Of a stretch of DNA of 64,000 bases, positions 10,805-19,735 are shown in pieces. How positions within the stretch are numbered: the first letter of the stretch is position 1; every line of letters begins with the position of its first letter. The DNA is from Bacteroides sp. Lineage in GTDB: Bacteria > Bacteroidota > Bacteroidia > Bacteroidales > Bacteroidaceae. The notes under the pieces were generated by a model. It had not been told where the DNA came from, did not search any database, and saw nothing but the letters and a program-made list of their open reading frames with translations. A program made the translations under genes and the position numbers. The stretch spans positions 420 through 64,419 of the forward strand of contig SUXW01000016.1 of NCBI GenBank assembly GCA_015060765.1. The letters are read 5' to 3'.

Positions 10805-11374
10805 TTATAATTTATCAATCGCAGCAGCGATATCTGCAAAAATGCCTTCCATTGTACCCAATCCTTGGATATGTTGGTACTTACCTTCGTTCTTGTACCA
10901 ATCAATCAAAGGAGAAGTCTGAGAATGATATACCACCAGGCGCTTCTTGATTGTTTCTTCATTATCATCAGCACGTCCCGATTCCTGACCACGTTTGATC
11001 AAACGAGCCATTAATTCATCTTCAGGCACATCTAAATCCAACATAATGGAAACTTCCTGACCGCGTTCATTCAACATTTTCTTCAATGCTTCCGCCTGAG
11101 CAATTGTTCTGGGGAAACCATCAAAAATAACACCCTTACTATCATTAAAGCTGTCTAAAGTATGAGCTAGGATATCGATAATCAGTTCATCCGGCAACAA
11201 TTGTCCTTGGTCGATATAACCTTTTGCCGTTTTTCCCAATTCCGTTCCAGCCTTGATTTCTGCACGCAACACATCTCCTGTAGAAATGTGATTGATACCA
11301 TACTTTTCCACAATACGCGCACTCTGAGTACCTTTACCTGAACCCGGAGCACCGAAAATTACAATGTTCAACAT
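10805..11374 (-). CDS. adk: Adenylate kinase
   Basis: GAPGSGKGTQ, HISTGDVLR, FDGFPRT, RADDN. Confidence 0.97.
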   Translation of the reverse strand: MLNIVIFGAPGSGKGTQSARIVEKYGINHISTGDVLRAEIKAGTELGKTAKGYIDQGQLLPDELIIDILAHTLDSFNDSKGVIFDGFPRTIAQAEALKKMLNERGQEVSIMLDLDVPEDELMARLIKRGQESGRADDNEETIKKRLVVYHSQTSPLIDWYKNEGKYQHIQGLGTMEGIFADIAAAIDKL

Positions 11375-11399
11375 CTTTCTCTTACTATTTAGTTGTAAA

Positions 11400-11936
11400 T
11401 TATTTCAGTATCGTATATATATCCCTATAATTACGTCCTAAACCATCGTAATCCAAACCGTATCCTACGATGAAATCATTGGGAATCTTCATTGCTATAT
11501 AGTCCAATTTCAAATCCACTTTCAACTTATCCGGTTTGACAAGCAAAGTCGCAATTTTAATTTCCTTGGGTTTAAGAGCCTCCAACGTTTCCAACATACG
11601 TTTCATGGTAAGTCCCGTATCTACTATATCTTCGACTATTACAACCGTTCTTCCCTCAATACTTTGATTCAATCCTACCAGTTCTTTAACTTGTCCTGTG
11701 GAAGAAGTACCCGAATAAGATGCCATCTTCACAAAAGAAACTTCGCTGGGAATAGTCAAAAAGCGCATTAAATCGGCAGTAAACATAAACGAGCCATTCA
11801 AAACGCTAATAAACAAAGGGGCGGCATTTTCCAAATCCCGATTAATTTCATTGGCTACACGTTCCACTTCTTTCAGTATATCAGCCTCTTTTATAAAAGG
11901 TACAAAACATTTGTCCTTAATTTGAACGGTATTCAT
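11400..11936 (-). CDS. hpt: Hypoxanthine phosphoribosyltransferase
   Basis: VIVEDIVDTGLT PRPP-binding motif, FIVGYGLDY. Confidence 0.96.
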   Translation of the reverse strand: MNTVQIKDKCFVPFIKEADILKEVERVANEINRDLENAAPLFISVLNGSFMFTADLMRFLTIPSEVSFVKMASYSGTSSTGQVKELVGLNQSIEGRTVVIVEDIVDTGLTMKRMLETLEALKPKEIKIATLLVKPDKLKVDLKLDYIAMKIPNDFIVGYGLDYDGLGRNYRDIYTILK

Positions 11937-11961
11937 AGTAGTTATTTTTTATAAATTGCTG

Positions 11962-12032
11962 CAAAAATAACATTTTTATTCCAAGTATCCCACTATTCCA
12001 TTCACCTCTTTTTATAAATAGTATTATCTTTG
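11962..12032. promoter_or_regulatory. Divergent promoters for the hpt operon and nnr
   Basis: TATTTTTG on the - strand (11962-11969) and TATCTTTG on the + strand (about 12025-12032). Confidence 0.6.
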
Positions 12033-12054
12033 CAACAAATAATGACTGACAAGC

Positions 12055-13572
12055 ATGAAAATTCTATCAAGCATCCAATTGAAGGAACTGGATAAATACA
12101 CCATAGAGATGGAACCTATTACATCCATAGACCTTATGGAACGCGCTTCCCATGCACTGACAGAAGCAATTGTCCGACGATGGGATACATCTTATAGAAT
12201 CATTGTTTTTGCCGGTCCCGGTAATAACGGAGGCGATGCATTGGCCGTGGCTCGCATGCTTTCAAAGAAGAATTATCATGTAGAGGTATTCCTTTTCAAC
12301 ACCAAGGGAACGTTATCCAACGAATGCATGACCAATTTGGGGAGACTGAAAACCTGTGGTTCCATCTATTTCACAGAAATCAGCACCCATTTTGATCCAC
12401 CGGCATTGACAGAAAAGGATCTTATCATAGACGGTTTGTTTGGAACAGGCCTCAACAAACCGTTAAGCGGAGGATTTGCATCGGTTGTAAAATATCTCAA
12501 TGCCTCTAAGGCAACCATCGTAGCCATTGACATCCCATCAGGACTTATGGGGGAAGACAACACCTACAACGTTCGTCCACACATCATTCATGCAGATGTT
12601 ACCTTAAGCATCCAACTTCCCAAACTGTCTTTTCTATTCCCGGAAAACGAAGATATCATCGGTGAATGGGAATTACTCGACATCGGACTTAAGCAATCTT
12701 TCATTGATGCTTCCGAAAGTCCTTATTCCATTTTAGACATAAAAGACATACGGCCTTTGATAAAATCTCGCAAACGATTTGCACACAAGGGCAGTTTCGG
12801 GCACGGTTTGCTGATTGCCGGATCTTACGGCATGGCAGGAGCCTCCATCTTATCCGCCAAAGCATGTTTGAGATCGGGAATCGGACTTCTGACCGTTCAT
12901 GTACCTATCCACAACCACGACTTGTTACAAATCACAGTACCCGAAGCTATTGTTCAAACCGACATACACGAGCGTTACTTTGCAGAACCGGTGGAATTAA
13001 GGAGATACAACGCATTGGCCATCGGACCGGGGTTGGGACAAGAAGAAGATACTGCGCTTGCCATGATGGAACAGATTCAAGGATGCCACCTGCCTGTTGT
13101 TTTGGATGCTGACGCCATCAACATCTTAAGCACACATCGGAACTGGTTGAGCAGATTACCTAAACAATGTATACTAACCCCTCATTTGGGCGAGTTAGAA
13201 CGTTTGACTGGGAAATGCATGGATTCCTATGAACGCATCACCAAAGTGAAGGAATTGGCCAGTTACCTACAAAGCTATATCCTCATAAAAGGAGCTTGGA
13301 CTGCCATTGTCACCCCAGAAGGACACTGTCATTTCAATCCGACAGGCAATCCTGGCATGGCTACAGCAGGTAGTGGTGACGTTTTGACCGGAATCCTATT
13401 GGCTTTATTGGCCCAAGGCTATTCCCCCGAAGAGAGCTGCAAACTTGGAGTTTACATCCACGGTTTGGCAGGAGACATCGCAGCAAAGAGCTTAAGCGAA
13501 ATATCCATGACCGCTGGTGACATCATCGAAGCTTTACCTTCCGCATGGAAGAAAATTCTCAATGACACGTAA
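12055..13572 (+). CDS. nnr: Bifunctional NAD(P)H-hydrate epimerase/dehydratase
   Basis: LMERA, GPGNNGGD, DGLFGTG, DIPSG, HKGSFG, GPGLG, DADA, TPHLGE, ATAGSGDVL. Confidence 0.95.
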   Translation: MKILSSIQLKELDKYTIEMEPITSIDLMERASHALTEAIVRRWDTSYRIIVFAGPGNNGGDALAVARMLSKKNYHVEVFLFNTKGTLSNECMTNLGRLKTCGSIYFTEISTHFDPPALTEKDLIIDGLFGTGLNKPLSGGFASVVKYLNASKATIVAIDIPSGLMGEDNTYNVRPHIIHADVTLSIQLPKLSFLFPENEDIIGEWELLDIGLKQSFIDASESPYSILDIKDIRPLIKSRKRFAHKGSFGHGLLIAGSYGMAGASILSAKACLRSGIGLLTVHVPIHNHDLLQITVPEAIVQTDIHERYFAEPVELRRYNALAIGPGLGQEEDTALAMMEQIQGCHLPVVLDADAINILSTHRNWLSRLPKQCILTPHLGELERLTGKCMDSYERITKVKELASYLQSYILIKGAWTAIVTPEGHCHFNPTGNPGMATAGSGDVLTGILLALLAQGYSPEESCKLGVYIHGLAGDIAAKSLSEISMTAGDIIEALPSAWKKILNDT

Positions 13573-13623
13573 AAGAAACAGAAAGAATAGTTATATTTGT
13601 TCGTCGTATTAAAATTTGCATTT

Positions 13624-14667
13624 ATGATAAAAAAAGGAATGATTGTATGGGGACTATTAACAGCATTAGGCAGTTACGCACAAGATGTAAGTCCATACCA
13701 ACCAGGGAACCTACCTGAAGGAATAGTATACTTCTTGCCCCGAACAGAATTACAGATAAAAGTTACCGTAACAGAATCCCAATATATTCCCGGTGAATTC
13801 TGCCAATACGCAGACCGATATTTACGTCTCCAAAATATATCCTCACAACGCAAGGAAGAATGGAAAATCAAATCCATAGAAGTAACGCCGTTCGGTGTAC
13901 CCAATCCCGAATTAGCCTATTCCATCAAATTAAAAGATAAATCGGTAGCTTCCCAAGTCGATTTAACCACCGATGGTATTATCAAGGCCATCAATACGAC
14001 TCTACCCGAGAAAGAAGAAAGCACACCTCCTGTCCTTAAGAAAAAAGAGCGTGTCAATCCTCGTAGTTTCATGACAGAAGAAATGTTGATGGCCACATCC
14101 AGCATCAAAATGGCTGAACTCGTTGCCAAAGAAATCTATAATATCCGAGAAAGTAAAAACAGTTTAGTGAAAGGGCAAGCCGACTACATGCCCAAAGACG
14201 GAGATGCACTTCAAATTATGCTTGACAATTTAAATACTCAAGAAAAAGCGTTGACCGAAATGTTTTCGGGATATACAGAAACAACCGAGCACGAATACAC
14301 CTTCGTCATCAATCCGGAGAGCAACATTGACAAGAAGGTTATCTGCCGCTTTTCTCAAAAATTAGGTATTTTGAAGGAAAACGATTTGGCCGGTGCACCT
14401 ATCTACATCTCCATTACTCCAAAGAATCCTCTTCCTGCATCCCAGGAAGAAAACAAGAAAAGGAAGAATGGAATCATTTACAACATCCCCGGGAAAGCGG
14501 ATGTCATCGTGCAAAGTTCCGATAAGAAATATCTTGAAGAGGAAATCTCTTTCGCCCAATTCGGTGAAACAGAAGTGCTGGTCAACGACCTTTTCAATAA
14601 AAAGATCAATACGCGTGTCATCTTCAACCCGACAACAGGCGGTATTGTAAAAATAGACAAAGACTGA
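13624..14667 (+). CDS. DUF4831-like secreted protein
   Basis: Signal peptide; GIVYFLPRT, PGEFCQYADRYL, AKEIYNIRES motifs; usual position after nnr in Bacteroidales. Confidence 0.7.
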   Translation: MIKKGMIVWGLLTALGSYAQDVSPYQPGNLPEGIVYFLPRTELQIKVTVTESQYIPGEFCQYADRYLRLQNISSQRKEEWKIKSIEVTPFGVPNPELAYSIKLKDKSVASQVDLTTDGIIKAINTTLPEKEESTPPVLKKKERVNPRSFMTEEMLMATSSIKMAELVAKEIYNIRESKNSLVKGQADYMPKDGDALQIMLDNLNTQEKALTEMFSGYTETTEHEYTFVINPESNIDKKVICRFSQKLGILKENDLAGAPIYISITPKNPLPASQEENKKRKNGIIYNIPGKADVIVQSSDKKYLEEEISFAQFGETEVLVNDLFNKKINTRVIFNPTTGGIVKIDKD

Positions 14668-14677
14668 AATCCTTTTA

Positions 14678-14725
14678 ATAAAATAGTAGGGGCGGCTACA
14701 TTGGTGGCCGCCCCTACTATTTTAT
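14678..14725. terminator. Bidirectional intrinsic terminator
   Basis: ATAAAATAGTAGGGGCGGC...GCCGCCCCTACTATTTTAT inverted repeat between convergent genes. Confidence 0.85.
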
Positions 14726-14735
14726 CAAAAGGACA

Positions 14736-16148
14736 TTACTTTATATTCGGTTCTTCCAAACCATATCCTTTCTTCTTGTCTTCGGTCTTCAACCAGAATC
14801 CCAGTAACAAAGCCAATACGCCCAAACTGGCAAATACCAACATAGGAACTGTATAATTATATTCCAAAGGATTGGTTACACCCGGATTGGATGATTGGAT
14901 AACCGATCCAATAATCATTGGGAAAGCATAAAGACCGATATTCTGAATCCAGAAAATTACCGCATAAGCAGAACCTAACAATTTGCCGTCAACCAATTTG
15001 GGGACAGAAGGCCACAAAGCTGCAGGTACCAACGAGAATGAAATACCCAACAGAATAATGCTTAAGTAAGCAACCAGAACCGATTCAGTAGCAGGCAACA
15101 ACAAAGCAAACGACAAGTGGCAAAGAATCATCAAGATAGCACCCAGCATCAACATGGAAGCCCCTTTACCCTTACGATCCAAATAATTACCCAGGAATGG
15201 AGTAATGGCAGCCGCGCCTAACGGGAACACAAAAAATACCAAACCTGCCTGTTCAGAAGTATATCCCAAATTACATTGAAGCATATTGATGGCATACTTT
15301 TGGAAAGGGAAAATAGCCGAATAATATAAAACACAAAGCAAAGCAACCAGCCAGAACACTTTAGAAGACAATATCTTACCCAAATCACTGATTCTGAAAG
15401 GATCGTCTTTTTCTTCTTCTGCTCCTTGTGCATCCAATTTCTTGTCCATTACTGCATAACAGATAAATGAAATCAATCCGATAAGCAACAACAATACCGC
15501 TACAGCAACCGGTCTTGACACATCCACAGGATGGATAGAAGCCAAAAAAGGAGAGCCTAACACTACAACAGCTACTCCAACACGAGCAATAGCCATCTCC
15601 ACTCCCATAGCCAAGGCCATTTCTTTTCCTTTAAACCATTTTACGATACCACGAGAAACTGTAATACCCGCCATCTCTACGCCACAACCAAACAACATAA
15701 AACCACAAGCTGACATTTTTGCAGAAGCAGGCATTCCTTCATAAAACGGTGTTACATTCCACCATGAAGCAGGCAAATTCAAAAAATCATTCATAAAGAC
15801 TTCCGCTTCACTTCCAATAAAAGAATTCGAAACGGCGTACCAGTTCACCAATGCTCCCACCAGCATGACACTCCCAGACAGAATAGCGGTAAACCGCACT
15901 CCCATCTTATCGAGAATAATACCGGCAAATATCAGGAAGAATACAAAAACATTTAAGAAAGTTTCAGAACCTGCATAATGTCCATACGCTACTGGATCCC
16001 ATCCACGCTGCGTTTGCAGCAATTCCTGAAGCGGAGACAAGATATCCATAAAGATATAACCAAAGAACATCGCGGATGCCAACAACACCAATGCCGTCCA
16101 TCGCATGAACGGTGAATCATTTAATTTCTTTTGAACAATTTCTTTCAT
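14736..16148 (-). CDS. MFS transporter
   Basis: About 12 TM segments, GIILDKMGVR motif A, KWFKGKEMALAMG; start chosen at MKEIVQKK. Confidence 0.9.
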   Translation of the reverse strand: MKEIVQKKLNDSPFMRWTALVLLASAMFFGYIFMDILSPLQELLQTQRGWDPVAYGHYAGSETFLNVFVFFLIFAGIILDKMGVRFTAILSGSVMLVGALVNWYAVSNSFIGSEAEVFMNDFLNLPASWWNVTPFYEGMPASAKMSACGFMLFGCGVEMAGITVSRGIVKWFKGKEMALAMGVEMAIARVGVAVVVLGSPFLASIHPVDVSRPVAVAVLLLLIGLISFICYAVMDKKLDAQGAEEEKDDPFRISDLGKILSSKVFWLVALLCVLYYSAIFPFQKYAINMLQCNLGYTSEQAGLVFFVFPLGAAAITPFLGNYLDRKGKGASMLMLGAILMILCHLSFALLLPATESVLVAYLSIILLGISFSLVPAALWPSVPKLVDGKLLGSAYAVIFWIQNIGLYAFPMIIGSVIQSSNPGVTNPLEYNYTVPMLVFASLGVLALLLGFWLKTEDKKKGYGLEEPNIK

Positions 16149-16299
16149 ATTTTGATTATTTAATTTATAATTATTCATTATTGAAGCACAAAGATACATT
16201 TTTTTCAGAAAATGTTCTCTAATCTATTAAAAAGTTCTACATTTGTATACAATATTATCACAGTCGAAATTAAATCAAAAACATTAAAGAACAAGTATT

Positions 16300-16848
16300 A
16301 TGAGAAAAAGTAAAAGTATGATGGTGTGTGCAGTATTGGCTGGCAGCATCCTTTTCACATCGTGTATCGGTTCCTTTAAATTGTGGAACAACCTGAAAGA
16401 TTGGAATCAAGGAGTAGGTAATAAATTTGTGAATGAATTGGTATTCATTGCCCTTCATATCGTTCCTGTATACGAAATTGCTTATTTGGCTGACGTAATT
16501 GTATTCAATAGCATCGAATTCTGGTCGGGTTCCAATCCTGTAGCTTCCAACGAAACCAAGGAAATAAAAGGTGAAAACGGTGATTATTTGGTAACAAGTA
16601 ACGAAAACGGCTACACCATAACTAATAAAGAAGACAATCAGTCCATGGACTTGGTATACAACAAAGAAAGCAAGACATGGAATGCCGTTACTGAAACTGA
16701 AAACATTGAATTGGTTAAGATGAATGACAATGGTACCGTTTCTATCAACATGCAAAACGGTACATCCATGACCGTAATGCCAGACATGCAAGGTGTAGCA
16801 GCAGCCCGTGCCGCTAGTGGAAGTACATCTTTCTTTGCAGCAAGATAA
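16300..16848 (+). CDS. DUF3332-like lipoprotein
   Basis: FTSCIGSFKL lipobox; NKFVNELVF...VPVYEIAYLAD..VFNSIEFWSG-NP. Confidence 0.75.
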   Translation: MRKSKSMMVCAVLAGSILFTSCIGSFKLWNNLKDWNQGVGNKFVNELVFIALHIVPVYEIAYLADVIVFNSIEFWSGSNPVASNETKEIKGENGDYLVTSNENGYTITNKEDNQSMDLVYNKESKTWNAVTETENIELVKMNDNGTVSINMQNGTSMTVMPDMQGVAAARAASGSTSFFAAR

Positions 16849-16863
16849 TCCCCCTCCTATAAT

Positions 16864-16904
16864 AAACGGAAAGAGGCTAATCATAGATTAGCCTCTTTCC
16901 GTTT
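16864..16904. terminator. Bidirectional intrinsic terminator
   Basis: AAACGGAAAGAGGCTAATC...GATTAGCCTCTTTCCGTTT. Confidence 0.85.
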
Positions 16905-17517
16905 ATTTCTCGGGTATCGCATACATCGAAGCATCAATGGGTTGATTTGTTTTCAGTCCATTCATTTCATACAATGTACTATTTCCATTGTATTCATCCA
17001 TTTGCATTCGAGTCAACAATTTGGTTTTCAAATCGTACAAAAGAACAATTTTAGCATATCCACGAGGCGTTTTCTTTGTAGAAGTCAAAACCACTTCGTA
17101 ACCATTCGCCTTTTTGACAGCCGTAATCTCTGCTCCATTTTCTTGTGCCAAGACAGCGGGACGTCCATGCACGCAATACAACAATGTATTTCGGAGTCCT
17201 CGCATCATTTTATTCTTGGCTGTATTGAAGCGATTCTTCTTCTTTCCCCGAATCATAAAGAAATCATTACCGTTGATAATCAACAAGTCAGTAGAAGGAG
17301 CCTGATAATGTTGGGCCATCTGATTTTCTCCTGAAATATACAACAGGCCATCAGACTTGACCGAATTTCCTTTTGCCACCAAGGTCTTGGTTTGTACAAA
17401 TTTCCCTTGGATGGTATTATAACCGGCATTTGCCTTTTCTATTTCCGCAAGAGTTGCATTCTGAGCATGCAGCAATGTGCTTACAAACAGACAGAGAGTA
17501 AACAATACTTTTTTCAT
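16903..17517 (-). CDS. LolA-like periplasmic lipid/lipoprotein carrier
   Basis: Signal peptide; GKFVQTK...SDGLLY...LLIING pattern of the LolA fold; last gene of the lipid cluster. Confidence 0.75.
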   Translation of the reverse strand: MKKVLFTLCLFVSTLLHAQNATLAEIEKANAGYNTIQGKFVQTKTLVAKGNSVKSDGLLYISGENQMAQHYQAPSTDLLIINGNDFFMIRGKKKNRFNTAKNKMMRGLRNTLLYCVHGRPAVLAQENGAEITAVKKANGYEVVLTSTKKTPRGYAKIVLLYDLKTKLLTRMQMDEYNGNSTLYEMNGLKTNQPIDASMYAIPEK

Positions 17518-17522
17518 ATTTT

Positions 17523-18251
17523 TCAAGAATAAAGTCCACCATTGATTGAGATACATTCACCGGTTATATACGCCGCCTTATCAGACACCAAAAATGCGAC
17601 CAATTCCGCCACTTCTTCCGCTTCACCAAAACGGTTGGCCGGAATTGTTTTTTTCAGTTCGGCTTCATCCAAACCATCTACCATTTCAGTACGAATGAAT
17701 CCGGGTGCAACTGCGTTGACAGTAATTCCTCTTCGGGCTACTTCTTGCGCCAAAGCCTTGGTAGCAGCAATCAACCCTCCCTTAGTCGCCGAATAATTGC
17801 ACTGACCGGGCAAGCCTTTCAACCCCGAGAGCGATGCCATGTTCACAATACGTCCGCGTTTTTTAACCGACATAGACTTAAGCAACGGCCGAGTTACATT
17901 GTAAAAACCATATAAGCCAATGCCCAGCACCTTGTCCCAATCCTCCTTTTCCATCCAAAGTAAAAGATTGTCCTTACGGATACCTGCATTGTTGATCAGT
18001 ACTTCTATAAATTCGCCCGGATGTGCCTCCTGCCAAGCCTCTATAGCAGCTAGGGTCGCTTCATTATCGCTTACATCAAACTTCAGCAATTCACCTTCAC
18101 TACCAGTTTCTTGTATCAATTCCAATGTTTTCTGCGCTTCTGCATCATTCGATACATAATTTACAATTACATTGTATCCCATTTGAGCCAGTTTAACACA
18201 TACGGCTCTCCCAATACCACGGCTTCCGCCAGTCACTAATGCATATTTCAT
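17523..18251 (-). CDS. fabG: 3-oxoacyl-ACP reductase (cluster-specific FabG)
   Basis: TGGSRGIG, NNAG, YSATK catalytic motif, NAVAPGFI. Confidence 0.92.
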   Translation of the reverse strand: MKYALVTGGSRGIGRAVCVKLAQMGYNVIVNYVSNDAEAQKTLELIQETGSEGELLKFDVSDNEATLAAIEAWQEAHPGEFIEVLINNAGIRKDNLLLWMEKEDWDKVLGIGLYGFYNVTRPLLKSMSVKKRGRIVNMASLSGLKGLPGQCNYSATKGGLIAATKALAQEVARRGITVNAVAPGFIRTEMVDGLDEAELKKTIPANRFGEAEEVAELVAFLVSDKAAYITGECISINGGLYS

Positions 18252-19735
18252 ATTGCTTGATTGTTATTGAAAATTTCCATTATTTTATCCATTCCTATTA
18301 TTTCAGCACACGTAAAAAGCGATGTCATAGACACTCCCAATACGCCATGCAAATTCAAACTTTGCCCAGTCTGCAACAAATTGGGAATAGGCGTACGAGG
18401 CGTAAGCACTGTAAACATCGGATTGTTATAATCTTTACGTATGCCGTATGCACAACCTTCTGCTGTGGCTATATAACTATGATATGAAAGCGGAGTACTG
18501 GTATATATACGGTCAATGGCTTCTCTCAACCCTGGCAAACGTTTCTCCACCAATTTCAAACAGGCTTCCGTCTTTTCTTCCTTGAAGCTTACATAATCTT
18601 CCCCTCTTCTTCCTACCGGAAAATCTTTCCATTTCTCTACTTCCTTCCAACTCATCGGTGATAATAAATCGACACATGCCGCTCTATCACTTCCTGTTTC
18701 TGGTACACCGAAATGCACCAACACACTTTCCGTCCGTCCCCAATTCACGTTCCATAAATCAGCATTACGTTCATGCACAAACAGATTCCGATTCAAATAA
18801 GGGAATCCTTCAGGTTTCAACCGGATATTGGCAGTAAACATACCGAATGTATTTTCCAAACCCGCCATTCGGTTCCGATAGATACGACGCATTTTTTTGC
18901 TTTCGCCTACCAATGAGACAGTATATGACGGATGCATACTGGATATAAAACAATCGCCCTGCAAGAATTCTTCTCCATTGACTATTACCCCCTTAATTTC
19001 TCCATCCTCTTCAATTATGTCAGTTACCGTTGCACCCACTCTGACCTCACCTCCCATCAAACGGATACTCTCCGCCAGTTTATCGGTTATTTGAGAGCCT
19101 CCACCTTGTAATCGCCAGGCACTACGAATAAAAGAGTCATTGATTTGCGCAAAAGTATACAACGGCAAAGTAGATGCATTCAGTTCCATTTTTAAAGAAG
19201 AGCCAGAAAGCACCTTCCGCAACAACGGATCATGAATCGTTTCCTTCAGGAACTCGTATGCCGAACGAGCGAACAAAGAATTGCTGAATGTCCCGTCGTT
19301 CTTCCCCTGAAAAGTATCGAAGATATGGTCTCCTACTTGTTTCAGGAACAAAGTATACTTTGTCAATCCTTCTCTTTCATGCGGGAAATAACTTGACAAG
19401 GTCTCCACGAAATTCTCATGTCCACTGGCAAAAGGATAACTATCCTCTCCAATCATCACTTCATCGAAACAAGTTTCATCCAACTGTAGCCAAGGAAGAT
19501 TCATCAAATCGAAATAGGAAAATAGCGTATACAGGGATTCTCCTTCTTTTAGAGCACCCACATAATGGAAACCGGTATCAAACAAGACATTGCCCCTACG
19601 AAAGGTCTGCAAACAACCTCCCACCTGCGTTTCACGTTCCAGAATCGTGACCTTCATCCCATTCTTGGCCAGGATATATCCACACGTCAATCCTCCCAAT
19701 CCGGCACCAATGATGACAACACTATTTCTTTTCAT
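18248..19735 (-). CDS. FAD-dependent oxidoreductase, phytoene desaturase/retinol saturase-like
   Basis: IIGAGLGG dinucleotide fold, GGCLQTFRR, FDTGFHYVG, STPLSY, TGQSLNLHGVLGV. Confidence 0.85.
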   Translation of the reverse strand: MKRNSVVIIGAGLGGLTCGYILAKNGMKVTILERETQVGGCLQTFRRGNVLFDTGFHYVGALKEGESLYTLFSYFDLMNLPWLQLDETCFDEVMIGEDSYPFASGHENFVETLSSYFPHEREGLTKYTLFLKQVGDHIFDTFQGKNDGTFSNSLFARSAYEFLKETIHDPLLRKVLSGSSLKMELNASTLPLYTFAQINDSFIRSAWRLQGGGSQITDKLAESIRLMGGEVRVGATVTDIIEEDGEIKGVIVNGEEFLQGDCFISSMHPSYTVSLVGESKKMRRIYRNRMAGLENTFGMFTANIRLKPEGFPYLNRNLFVHERNADLWNVNWGRTESVLVHFGVPETGSDRAACVDLLSPMSWKEVEKWKDFPVGRRGEDYVSFKEEKTEACLKLVEKRLPGLREAIDRIYTSTPLSYHSYIATAEGCAYGIRKDYNNPMFTVLTPRTPIPNLLQTGQSLNLHGVLGVSMTSLFTCAEIIGMDKIMEIFNNNQAI